NCBI GenBank assembly: GCA_002633005.1
Contig: NMRA01000065.1
Location: 242,011 to 306,010 of the forward strand
Direction: 5' to 3'
DNA: 64,000 nucleotides
Origin: Phoronis australis
Taxonomy: Eukaryota > Animalia > Phoronida
Shown: piece after piece, positions 12,426-23,702 of the stretch
How the letters are laid out: each line of letters starts with the position of its first letter
How positions within the stretch are numbered: position 1 is the stretch's first letter
Translations under genes and position numbers: made by a program
The notes under the pieces: generated by a model
Database searches by the model: none
The model's input: only the letters and a program-made list of their open reading frames with translations
What the model was told of the DNA's origin: nothing

Positions 12426-15400
12426 GTAAGTATTTACACCATAATACAATTTTGTGCAACAAACGTCGCCCGTGCGAGAATGTCTGGGGGATATCGTTAC
12501 CACCTACCATTTTTACCCAATCCTAGTCTACGCTCGCTTTAGAATTTTCAAGGTATTAGCCAAATTGGCTAAAGCATCTAAAAACTTTTAGCCATTGTCA
12601 AAAACTATTACCTAAATACTTTCTCTTTTCCCAACCCCTGCAATTGATAAATATACCGCTACACTGACCGAACTTATTCATTTCTCATTTTATGCACAAG
12701 TCTCCTTCATAAATGTACCATCAGAAAAGATGTTTGCCTTCAGAAAAAAAAAACAAATGATCAACATTCCAAAGTCATATAGCAATCTAATAAGTTGGAG
12801 GAAATGTCAGCCAACGTGGGTTTTATTATGACCTAAAAAGTTTGGTCAGGGTTTCCTTTGTCCCCAGGTTACGGCGGGGGTACGCTGGGGACATGGGCAT
12901 TTCATTGGTGTTGTACTAAAATAATTGGTCATTTCACTGATATTGACTCAAAATAAAGCTGAATCGTGTAACAAATTGACATTTACTTTACACTGCTTTT
13001 TTCGGCCGCCGACAAAATGCAAACGCGTCCTAGTCTTTCAATAACTTTTTACACTTGTGACATTTACCGAGCTAACATGGGCGGCGCAGCAGTGAAATAA
13101 GTGGGGGCTTTAGCCCCCAGCCCCCTATGATGCAACGCCCATAAGGTATGAGAAGTGACGTATTTTGACTTAAAAGTATGTAACAAACAAGATCTTCCCG
13201 GCGTCGTCTGCGCCTTTTAATACTTAAAAAGAAAACCAGTAAGTGTCAAGTCTCAAACAATATTTGACACGACAAATTATGCGTTGAAAATAGGTAAAGT
13301 TAGTAGTGAATTAGGAGAGATTCATGTAATATGAAAAAAAAAAATTTGAACCCTAAGTTTGAGTCAGCTCAACTCAGTTCAGTTCTATCCCCGGATAATT
13401 TAACGTCAGACAGGTTCACACCACGTCTCGAGTGTAAAAAGTTATTGAGAGACTGGATCGCGTTTGCCACCGAAGTAGTCTTTATTCGTCGTTTTGCCAT
13501 TGCCACTGGAATTCAGGTGGAGTGACAGACATGAAGTGGAACATCTGCTTGTTATTTTTAGGGCTTCCACTCGCGAGTGGGTTTCCCGAAATAAATTTGT
13601 ATTGTCAAGTTCCGAAAGCGTTCACCCAGTTTGCGAATAGAATTAGCTCTACCATCCCCAGTACCGCTCAAAATTCGTTAATGGCGAGCTGACGAGCTGC
13701 TAGCGCGAGCCTAGCTACCATCCAAACGGGAATATGCGCCCTACGTACGTGTCCGTTTTCTTAAAACGACGTTTTAGGCGATTTCATAGAGGCTAATTTG
13801 GTCTGAATTTTCGTTGTCGCGCCTTCCGTAATACCTCTGGGTTTTTAATCTCAAATTATTCTTCGAAGGCGTTCATGTCTGCATGTGTGCGAACTTCAAT
13901 CACTACAGCATGTCATGAGGCTTCCAAAATCGAGAATGCCATTGCATGTGTTGGTATTCCGTGTGATCACAGACTTAAACACGAGTTAACACTACAACAT
14001 AAGGCTGAAGAAGGATTCAGAATGATGTCAAGTTGGACTTTTGAGACCTGCAATTGCTGAAGCCCTGATTTAACCTGTCTCTTGACAAACCCCTTTGTTC
14101 AGTGTTACATGTATGTGAAGGGCGCAAATGTGTAATGGGAAACACCTCGGACAGCTAATTTTAGACTACGAAAATACCCGACCTTTGTATTCGGAACACC
14201 TCGGGTATTTTCGTGGTGTCGAATTTCTCCTAGAAGGTGAATGTTATTTGCGCATGTGCAAACTTCAATCCTACAGCAAGTCACGTGACATCCAAACACG
14301 GTAATGATTGGCCGTATGATTAAAGTTTGGCACAAGCACAGACAACGGAAAATATGAAGCTATGAAAAAACTTGAGGATGCAGACATTTGTTCATTCGGA
14401 ACACCACTTATATTTTCGTAGTCCCAAATTTAGCCTCCGAGGTGTGAACTTTCTCTGTATATGTTCAAACTTCGTTTTTTCCTTTTCCCTCTGCTTCTCT
14501 GACGTTCCTTGACGGATTTTTATGATATTTGGTAAATAGCTTTCTGTCTTCTGCACAGTTATATAGAGAGTAGGGTCGCAGAAAAATAACAACATCACTT
14601 ACAAAAAAGTTTATTAGAATAGGGCCGACCACAGGCCCTTGGGGTACCCCTTATCCAAAACACGCTAGGTGCTACATGTAAAAACAATAAATCAAAAATG
14701 TATATTGACACTAGATGTCCTATCGCGCAAATTTCTACGCATTATAGTTTCACTCTCTGATTTCTGTAGACAAGATAGTGTAAACAGCAGTCGGGTTCGA
14801 GGAAATTGTGCTCATTCCATATCCACACATTGGCAGATGATAAGTCTTACCTTTAAGAGGGAGTTTGAGGCTTCGAAAATACCCGAGGTGTTCTTTGATT
14901 TGTTTTGAATTAATAAATTTGCCTCCCGGCCGTGAGTCACGTACTACACCTGATGCGATACGAAGTCGTTTTTTGGTGAATGAATGGACCTTCAAATGTG
15001 TTTAATCCTCACTGCACGAGATACTCGATTTTGTCCAGCGTTTTAATCCCCTAGCGGCGCCTCCATAGTTGTTGGCCCGTTTCACTTCCGGTATGTGCGT
15101 TGTTAGGAATGGAATTTTGCAACTGCACTTCCTGAACTGTCAAAATTACTCACGACACCAAGAATTACATTAGATAGAGTAAGTCGTTTAAGGCCTTCGA
15201 ATGCCGAATTGTTTTATAATTCGTATCGCTAGATAGTATTACGAAATACCAGAATTTCCCGTCCGGATACACTAACTAAGCTGAGACAACCATACGGAGT
15301 AAGTGACATTTCCTTGGGAATTTCATGAGGAAATGCCCGAGTTGCGAATATGTTGTCTGATGATGAATGTTTATACAGCCATCAAAAGTCTAAACATGCG

Positions 15401-16175
15401 GTTTTGTACATCTTGGTGGAACCGGTATTCAGAAATTTATTTTCAGGTAGAAATCCTATTTTCTCAGATTTGTAAACCCTCACGGCGGTGAGGGCGCGGG
15501 AGTGACTACTTCACTGCACTGATGCGCCCGAGAGCCTATGTACTGTTGAGACTCCCCGTGTGTGAGTGACTGAAATCACGACGTGGTGAATTGTCAACTA
15601 AAAATGTCTAATCACTGAAACATATTTCTTTTCGAAGTGGTGTCAACTCCTTTACTGCCGGAGCTGGTAATATAGGTGGTGCGCTAATTGCTCGGAGTGC
15701 AGAGGCAGACATGGATTCACTGACCAGTTCTCTAGAATATGACGATATGAACGTCAAACACGAGGAAAGGTCAGTTGACTTTTGTCAGTACATGCATTTT
15801 TAAAACACAAAGAAATCTGAATTGAAACGCTTGCTAGCTTATAGTTCTCCATAGGCATGCTTATGGCCAGTGGTGATAATCGTATTCAGTAATGTAAAAG
15901 GAATAATCCGTTGTAAATCCAGAAACGATAGTTTACATGTCAACTTCCCTTCCACATTGAGGTAGCAACGTTAATGATTTTTGTTTTCTTTTATAAGAAT
16001 CATAAAGTATTGTCACAGACTAGTTGCCTTATATGTTTGTCTTTGAAAAGTGTTGCCTATACATTTTGTTACGGTATTTATAATTGCTGGTACTTCTAAA
16101 TCATTTTGTATTGTGCAAACGACAGTTGTGTGTATTTATTATGTATTTTTGATTTGCAGGGAAACATGGAATTGA
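12361..16175 (+). CDS. Small secreted peptide precursor, 70 aa, 3 coding exons (12361-12425, 15638-15769, 16160-16175)
   Basis: Spliced product MATQKGAFFLSFLVVTAVVAAIGVNSFTAGAGNIGGALIARSAEADMDSLTSSLEYDDMNVKHEERETWN*. All junctions are GT-AG and phase 2. Hydrophobic signal peptide, and AATAAA 50 nt after the stop. Confidence 0.7.
13780..14890. repeat. Cluster of degenerate palindromic repeat fragments sharing a G(A/G)CT(A/T)CGAAAATACCC core
   Basis: The core occurs in both orientations at ~14165, ~14200, ~14410 and ~14870, and again at ~25985. A diverged direct repeat lies at 13880/14250. Confidence 0.5.
15638..15769 (+). CDS. Peptide precursor coding exon 2 (GVNSFTAGAGNIGGALIARSAEADMDSLTSSLEYDDMNVKHEE)
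   Basis: Branch-like ctaat, pyrimidine tract and AG acceptor at 15636-15637. Open 132-nt phase 2-2 exon. Donor gtcagt at 15770. Confidence 0.7.
16160..16175 (+). CDS. Peptide precursor coding exon 3 (RETWN*)
   Basis: Strong acceptor tttttgatttgcag and TGA at 16173-16175. Confidence 0.6.
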
Positions 16176-16225
16176 GAAAAAACGAAAAGCTGTTTGAATT
16201 CAACATTGTTTCTTAGATTTTCTGC

Positions 16226-16231
16226 AATAAA
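16226..16231 (+). terminator. Polyadenylation signal of the peptide precursor gene
   Basis: AATAAA 50 nt after the stop, followed by GT/T-rich sequence. Confidence 0.5.
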
Positions 16232-16750
16232 TTGTTGTGCACCAGCATATTTTCGTTTGGCGATGACCACGACTGGGTATAACTTTGTGTTGCTTCGGGC
16301 TCAAACAAGTATCCCTGGCGACCCGGCATTTCACACTAGAATTTCTTATTCCGAGAATGAATAACGTCACTTGACTGCACGCTAAAATAGGACACTGACT
16401 TTGTCCCACCAATTACTTTATAAGAAGCAGCACTCCAAGCGGGTGATTATGGAATTATTTGAACCATTTTTAGTCTCGTTAAAAATAATAAGTTTACTTT
16501 TTGCTGTTTGATTATTAGTGATATTAATCAACAACTCATAAAAAATTATTAAAATGTATTCACAATAAAATACGATTCCTTTTAAAGGAGAATGCCACCC
16601 GATTTAATTAGTCTTTTTTGCAGTCTTAATCGGTCTATATCCACATCGCCTCGCATACGGTCGACCTTACCTTACCAAGAGGTGTCACGTAAACCTGTGA
16701 GGAAGGTGAGAAACGACGCTAGCGACGTCAGTGGTTCATATGCAGAGTGA

Positions 16751-16945
16751 ATGCCGCTATGTTGCGGTGCATCGTTCCCGCTTGTCCGAACTAAGCAGCT
16801 GCGAGGAAAGCGGGTATATCGTTTTTTTTTACTTCCTCGAGAGTCCGAAATGCTTAGGAAGTGGCTCATGGTACTGAAGAATGAAATGTACGCTGTAAAT
16901 AGCAAGTATGAGGCCGTGAAACATCTCCGTGTCTGTGGCTTGCAG
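16751..16945 (+). pseudogene. Truncated THAP zinc-finger N-terminus of a Kolobok transposase
   Basis: MPLCCGAS...FFLLPRESEMLRKWL...HLRVCGL fits the THAP C..C..FxxP..W..VCxxH pattern. The second Cys is degenerate and the sequence breaks before the final HF. Confidence 0.65.
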
Positions 16946-16959
16946 ACGTCGACAGTGCC

Positions 16960-17149
16960 TGGTACGAATGCCGGCTTACCAAATAACTCCATACGCTCCG
17001 TTGTCTGAGCTTGTTCACGGCGCCTCTCTAGTATTTCTTCATCACTGTATTCCTGTTCGAAGTGATAGCCTTTAAAACTTAACGATCCACCTGCGAAGTC
17101 GGGACTGATGAGCTCTAGTTCGTTCTAAGTCGGGATTGCGAGTTGCCAT
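16960..17149 (-). pseudogene. Truncated KolX-like N-terminus (second Kolobok gene), frameshifted
   Basis: MATRNPDLE / ELELISPDFAGGSLSFKGYHFEQEYSDEEILERRREQ resembles the YxFEPEYxxEE start of KolX proteins as I recall them. It converges on the THAP remnant. Confidence 0.5.
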
Positions 17150-18289
17150 GTTGGCGTTCATTACTGAGCGTTCTGTTTCAAAATGAATTATTCTCACCCT
17201 TTAACCAATACTTATATAAAACTGAAACAAAGTCTGTCTCATTAGATGCAATTTGTAATGCCTTTGCAGTGTTCGTGAATGCAAAGGATTTGAGAAGCGA
17301 GCAATGAATAAATCACTGCGTTACCGGCTTTAGGTGCAATAAAACTAATTGACGGGACACCGAGGCCGTGTGAGCTCATGCTAATTTAGTGTTTTCTGGC
17401 AGAAACTGTTGTGAAACAACTCGATTTCCATCCCACGGCCAGGTTTTCGGGAATCTTTATTTACATTTACATTACTCAAATAATGATTGTCAATGTACAA
17501 CTTCTGCCCTGACGGTGCTGTGGCCAAAGCGGAACCTGGATTCGCGGCCCCCGACGAGTAAGTAGATTTGCAGTTTCGTGGCTAATTCACCAACATAATC
17601 ACGTGCATATTACTTTGGCTCACTACTAAAGTATTTTCTTGACTGGAAGTTTAGTTTCCACTGAACTTTGGCTGGTTTATGTTCGTGATGTCTGTTCAGT
17701 TTCCGAGCCATTGGCCGGGATAACGAATCAATCCGGCCGGCTGCGACGGGCCTGACCGCGGGGCTCCGAGCCACTGGCCAGGATAACAAGCCTTTTGTGT
17801 TTAGAACTAAAAAAAATCACAAGTCTAAACAACACAGATCTAGGTTCTCCTGTCTGTATCTCACGGAAACTACTTCGAAATTATCTCCGAACAGACCCCA
17901 AACTCCTGCTACGGACCTCTCTGGCTTGCCGAACTTTGTAGGCTATGGTGTGTTCAAATACCAATAAATCCGTAAGACCGAAATAAAACAACACGTTTTT
18001 ATAAGAACTCAGTGTATTTTTAAGGGTTTTACGTCGAAGTTTGATGATTTATTGGTGTTAAACGATGACTTCAAGCGATAAGCTGACACCAGTAACCCGT
18101 GTTGTGAACTGCTGAAGAGACTGCGTGTGAAACCGATGACGTCATTGGATAATTTCAACACCTCCGTCTTCCGTCAGGTGTCAGGTAACGAAACCGTACG
18201 TGTCATTATGGAGTAGAACTACTCGATCTAAATTGATACAAATTAGGTTATTTTTTGGGTGGCATGCTCCTTTAACCCTTTGAAGAAGT

Positions 18290-18912
18290 TTGTGAAAATT
18301 CAAGGATGTGTTCCTATGGAGCTGACGTCAAACGGTAACGAGTGCCGAACCCAATACCTGATTATTTAAAGTCTCATGCAAGGGAGCCCAGAATATCCTG
18401 ACATGTGGCCCCTAGTCAGCTAGCATCTGCAGGGCAGACTGGATCCACCATAGACCACGACCTCAGACTACAGGGTACGACTCCAGAGCTGGACGTCAAC
18501 TTCAGACTACAGAGACAATTGAAGCCGGGCCAGACGAGCAACTTCGTGTGTCAAGGAGAAAGGACAACTGAGGTATAGACACTTATCACGGGTGTTGGTC
18601 TCAGCCTGTTAGTCAATTTGAACCGGCTAGTGATTGTTCTGGAGGGTTAGTTCTGTTGTGGCTTGTTTTGTGTTAACGTGAGCGGTAGCTACGGGGAACC
18701 AGTGGCACTGTTGATTAGTAGTTTTTCCAGTTGGGATATCTTGTCTCAATCAGTTAGTCGTCAGTCTCACAACTTATTGCAATCTATTGTTTGTAAATCA
18801 CAACGCTGCAAATTAATATACGTATTCTATTGTTAAAATATTCGTGTGTTGTTTTATTTATTACCACATGCACGCCACTTATTGGCCGCAACACGCATTG
18901 ATATACCACAAA
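18290..18912 (+). mobile_element. Possible solo-LTR-like segment
   Basis: TG...CA-bounded segment with a TATA-like tatttaaa (18364) and a T-rich 3' part ending ataccacaaaca. No TSD found. Confidence 0.25.
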
Positions 18913-20595
18913 CATAGCAGGCACGGGTAATCCACCAGAGCATCCAGCTGTGGTTAAGGAGTACTCTAATCGCCTTGAGGTTGTGAAAAAACATTGGTTG
19001 GGAGAAATGACGCTGCTTTTGTCCGATCATTTTTCCGAACACACGCGAATGTTCCTCCTGTTTGGCACAGCACCGTTTTTAAACAGTATTTGGGTACTGC
19101 AAATGCGTTGCCTTAGTTTAAACCGTCAATAAGAGGCCTCGGGATCCTGGCACACGGCTAAATGTTACTCTGTCACGTTATTGGATCTATTTGTGTACAT
19201 ATATTTATCGTTCCACATGATGCTTTATCATCATAGATACTGCTATAAGTTTCTCTAGTGAATGCACGTCGATGAACGTACGTCACTGACGTTTCTGCAG
19301 GTATACCCATTGTCACCAACGTGCTATTCACGGTTGTCAAGTGCGCTACAAGTGGGCGCAACGATCCTTGTAGCCTTTACAGTTTCAAACGGGGGCGGAG
19401 ATGATTCAGGGCGTACATTTCGCACACAGACATCGCAACTACGTCATTGCCATAAGTGTACATCGACCGTACGGTTTGAGTGAGATATGTACGTGAACAT
19501 ATGGGTACTTTGCTTGCTTATCCACAGAACAATGATGTCACAACTGTGACACAAAGCCTTATTATCTAAATTCGCGTTTTGTAGTGTCTACAGCGCACAT
19601 TCAAACTCATTGCAACTTCAATGACAAAATGCCAATTTTCACACAGAGGTTGAATGTCAACAAAAACTAATGTAAAGCCATAGCTAAAATCGAATAGGTG
19701 TCATTTGCTAACCAGTAAAACCTTAGCTGCCCCGACTTCACTTTATTACACATGTTAAATTTATGTTAGAAATGTATTTAAATCAAAGAATATCAAAACA
19801 GTTTTTAAAAAAGAGGTAGTGAATGTTCTTACTCTCGAAGTACAAAAAACGACATCCCATTATTAAGAAAATAACCTGCGCAAGATATAAACTTTCTAAT
19901 AATTAACCAAAAATCTACTTCCTTTTCTGGAGCATGATGTATCCTTGACTGTATGCTGATGAAATGTACCTCTTGTTGTAAGCTGCTATCAGGTTCAGAC
20001 AATACTTGATGGGTTTTTCCATTCTTTGAAATATCAATAAAGGTCGTTTATAAAAAATTTGAATAAAAAGGCAACAGCATGCACACTTGTCTAACACCAG
20101 ATGAACATTCAAAATATGAGAACAACCTTCTCTCGTCCCCATATACCTTTTAAATTTTTAAACCGTTTAGTGCTGACATTCTCCATTATTAAATTTTTCC
20201 ACAGAATGCTTCTGCAAATGCACTAAACGGATTTGGAGAAATTTATGTAGAGACAATACATTTATCTACCCGGCTCAGCTAACACAAGCTGAAATATCGT
20301 GTTAAGAGCACAAATGATGTCATTGATGCTGTTACCCGTCTTCCTCCTGACTGTCCCCCTTTTTGCCTCAGAGACTGTTTACATGTATGTACACAACTTG
20401 TTCACTAAAATACGAACATATACATGAGGCACGTTTAGTAAAAGAGTAATCTCTCGATTTTTGGTATTTTGATTCCGTGTATTCATTGTTTTCATTTCTT
20501 AGTTACAACTCGGAAAATAAATTTATGTTTATGACCAGAACGCTCGTGCATTCTCCCCTTTCTCAGTTCTGCCTTTTGAAAGTTGTAGTTCCTCT

Positions 20596-20957
20596 AATAA
20601 CAATAACAATAAGTAACAATAACACTGACAATAATCATAATAACAGCAACAACAACAATGATAATATTGGTGTCGCTATTGGTATTCCAGATACTATAAC
20701 AATAATGATAACACTACTGTTAGTATTAGTCATCATCATCATCATCATTATTATTGTATATTAGTAATTATTATTATTCATATTATTATTACTATTATTA
20801 TTGTTATTATTGTTATTATCATTATTATTATTGTTGTTGTTGTTGCTATTCTTATTAATTCCAACAAATATTTAATGGGCCAAAGAAAATGAATAGGTAC
20901 AATAGAATAATTACCACAAGGACAATAATAGTAATAATGATAATGATAACTAATAAC
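20596..20957. repeat. Degenerate (AAT/AAC/CAT/ATT)n trinucleotide microsatellite region
   Basis: Runs of aataac/aataat, catcat and attatt/gttgtt. Explains the spurious poly-I/N ORFs. Confidence 0.9.
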
Positions 20958-22962
20958 GTATAGACGATCCACATGAGCGTTGCTGATGGCTTCGTTAAAA
21001 CGTTTTAATTACAAATCATGTGCCACGACAATGGTAAGAGTTGACGTTGTGCGTTGTATGGAAATTTCTGCAAGGGGGAATTATTTAAAGATCTACGTGG
21101 GCGAACTAGACAGTGAAATGAGACAAGTTTGAGCAGCGACTGAAGTCAGACAGAACTCTTCAATTTCTTAGGCACATGAAAAGCAGCAGAATCTGTCCGT
21201 GAAAGTTCATTACCGTCGCACCATTGAATTTTTTCTGATCAGCGTTGAGAGGAATTGAGCGTAACGTACCTTGAATATTTTAGATTTAATCTATTTTTTA
21301 CATTTTACCTGTAGATGCCGCACGTCAACTTAAGTGACCATTAAGATTACACCTTATTCAACAAATGAAAAGTTTCAACAATATAGGAGTCTGCTTTTAT
21401 ATCAAATGCAAATTTAATCAATTAACCATGAATGTCGATTGTAAGTTTCCTTCATTGCCTTTCAATTAAAGTTTTAAGTGTCTTCCATTAACGCTTTCGG
21501 AAGCATCACAGTATTTGTCAATGACACCACAATCTGTAAAACATACCCTCAATTGAAATGCAAAATTTACCCCCATTAACACAACATGTAAGTGTCTGTT
21601 ACATTTTACATAACAAAAGGCTGTTTAGTGACTGTAGGCATTCAACATATAAAGGGAAAAGGTGTCCGTATCAAGACGTTTTGGTCAATTTAGCATACTT
21701 TAATTTACAATTAAAGGTAATTTGGGCCTTTTTATTCGATTTTGTGATGTGAAAGTAAAAAGTCCACAAACTGAAAGTGTGAAGCAATGAACAGATCCCA
21801 AAATATCAGTCGGTGGTAGTAAGCTACATGTATGTGGTCTGTTCTGTCACATTCTAATAACTAATCACTGACAGGGACGCCCACTGATGGAAAGCCAAAG
21901 AGGAAATATAATTCTGACCTAATGAATTTTGTCATTGAGTTGTTCCTTTTAAGTGTCACACAGTGAAAATAATGCTTTGACCTGTTTTTTATTTTGGAAT
22001 AGAAAATTTATGTCCTGGAATTTTTTTCACCTTTGGCTTTCCAATAATTAGATACAAAGCTTGATACGCGTGATTCTCTGTGTCATTATGCTTCCATCCG
22101 GCGTAAAAGGTTGACACATATTAATAGCTACGGTTTTAACTCGTAAAATTAGATGTGGCGGAAAGAGTTACAAATAAGGGACATGCATGTGTCAGACAAA
22201 GTCTTTTATAAACTACAGTTTATCCTAGAAGTGCCATTTTCTGTGTGAACGGACACTAATAAGTAACGCATGTTGAAATATTCGCGCATAATGTGTCTAT
22301 GTCAGGATATGATGTGGCTTTTTGTAAAACATTGCGGAGTTCCGGCCATTAGCTTAACATTGTGACACGAATATATACTTACATCCAATATAGCGTTTCC
22401 TTGAATGCATGTCTTTTTAAACGCCATCAACCATGTTTTGGCTTCTGTTTTAAGTGACTACGACTTAAATGTGGTCTTACGCTACCACTTCACAACTGCT
22501 GGAAAACGTTTAGCCAATTAACATTGGGGGTAATAACTGTCTAGAAATAATTACTAGAAACCAATCTGAATAACTAGCAGTTATGTGTGATTTTGTAGGT
22601 TTACTCAAATCAGATTTAATTATTTTTTGGAAATAGTTGTGGGGAGCGTGCAATCAATTTTCCGACTTTTAAGTCATAAGTCACGAAACAGCTCCCTATA
22701 GTAAAACCCATCCGCTTTTCTATTTCTTCCTTAGCAACGTCATCAGGTTCTCATCCGTTGTTTGAATTTAGGAGTTACTGCATGACGAAGTCAAACAAAT
22801 TGAAATAATCTGAGAACATGACATGCTAGTCACGGAAACTGATTTTCTGCCATGTCATTATTCATGTCCTGAAGAATCGTCCAAAATAATGTTGTTGGTC
22901 ATTTGCCTATTGTTTTTTAAAAAATATTTTTATGGTCACCTTTCATTCATCTGAGACCAGTA

Positions 22963-23702
22963 AATAGAGAATCCTACACGAGTCTTAGGTTTATGACATG
23001 GGTAAAACCTCTTGGGCAAATTTCAAAGAGGTTTTGCTCATGTCATGAATCTGAGACGAGTATAGGAGTTGTTTTCTCACGTGAGCCGTAAAAACGATCT
23101 TTTTTCTGAAAAATTCGAAATGTCTAAAACTTTCAAACACACGACGCAACTTTTGTAAAAACACGCTTGCGCAATGTAAAGTAATTCATTTACTTTCTGT
23201 TAATAGGTTTATTTCGAGCTTTAATAAATAGTCTTTGAAGTTGTAATATTAAAACTTACAAAATATTTATAAATAACAGTCATCAAGGCTTCCCCGCGCA
23301 TGAGCACTGAATTGACCTTGAGACAGCACAGCTAGACAGCCTCGCCGTGTTTCTTGAGTTGGGGCTCGTCTCCGGTTGAATGAACGTGAATATGAAATTC
23401 GCCGCCGGAGATGGGTCCGTTTAAGAAGTTGCTTGCATGTCCTTCCGACTTGGAGTACGTACAGTTGCGACACCCGATTTGTCAATCATAACCTTGTCAC
23501 CTTCTCGGAATTCCGGCATTGTTTGGTTGGCGCGCGTTCGGTTGTTTTAGTGTTTTGCAATGTAGTTTTAAAATGTAAGACGTATGGATTTCTACTTTGC
23601 ACTAATTTGGGATTTGTACTTGTACAGGTGTAATATCAAAAAATTACGTACTCGGTGTTATTAACCAGTCGTGTGGTAACACATTCCAGGTCACGTGAGA
23701 AA
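22963..23702. mobile_element. Non-autonomous element with a terminal ~95-nt hairpin and a short asymmetric inverted repeat (Crypton-like)
   Basis: Hairpin arms tcctacacgagtcttaggtttatgacatgggtaaaacctctt and aagaggttttgctcatgtcatgaatctgagacgagtatagga (22972-23067). tttctcacgtga (23073) is inverted to tcacgtgagaaa (23691-23702). Confidence 0.55.

Larger units (their letters stand above)
16586..18271. mobile_element. Non-autonomous Kolobok DNA transposon (internal deletion derivative)
   Basis: TIRs aggagaatgccaccc and gggtggcatgctcct match at 14/15. TTAA on both sides (16582-16585, 18272-18275). Contains THAP and KolX-like N-terminal remnants. Confidence 0.8.

Noticed and set aside
8246-18135. 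CTGANGA...GAAA hammerhead-like cores (e.g. ~8247, ~18112)
   Set aside because: The intervening stem II does not base-pair.
19301-19483. Possible terminal exon after tttctgcag (e.g. ...KCATSGRNDPCSLYSFKRGRR*)
   Set aside because: No partner exon or homology recognised, and several frames are equally plausible.
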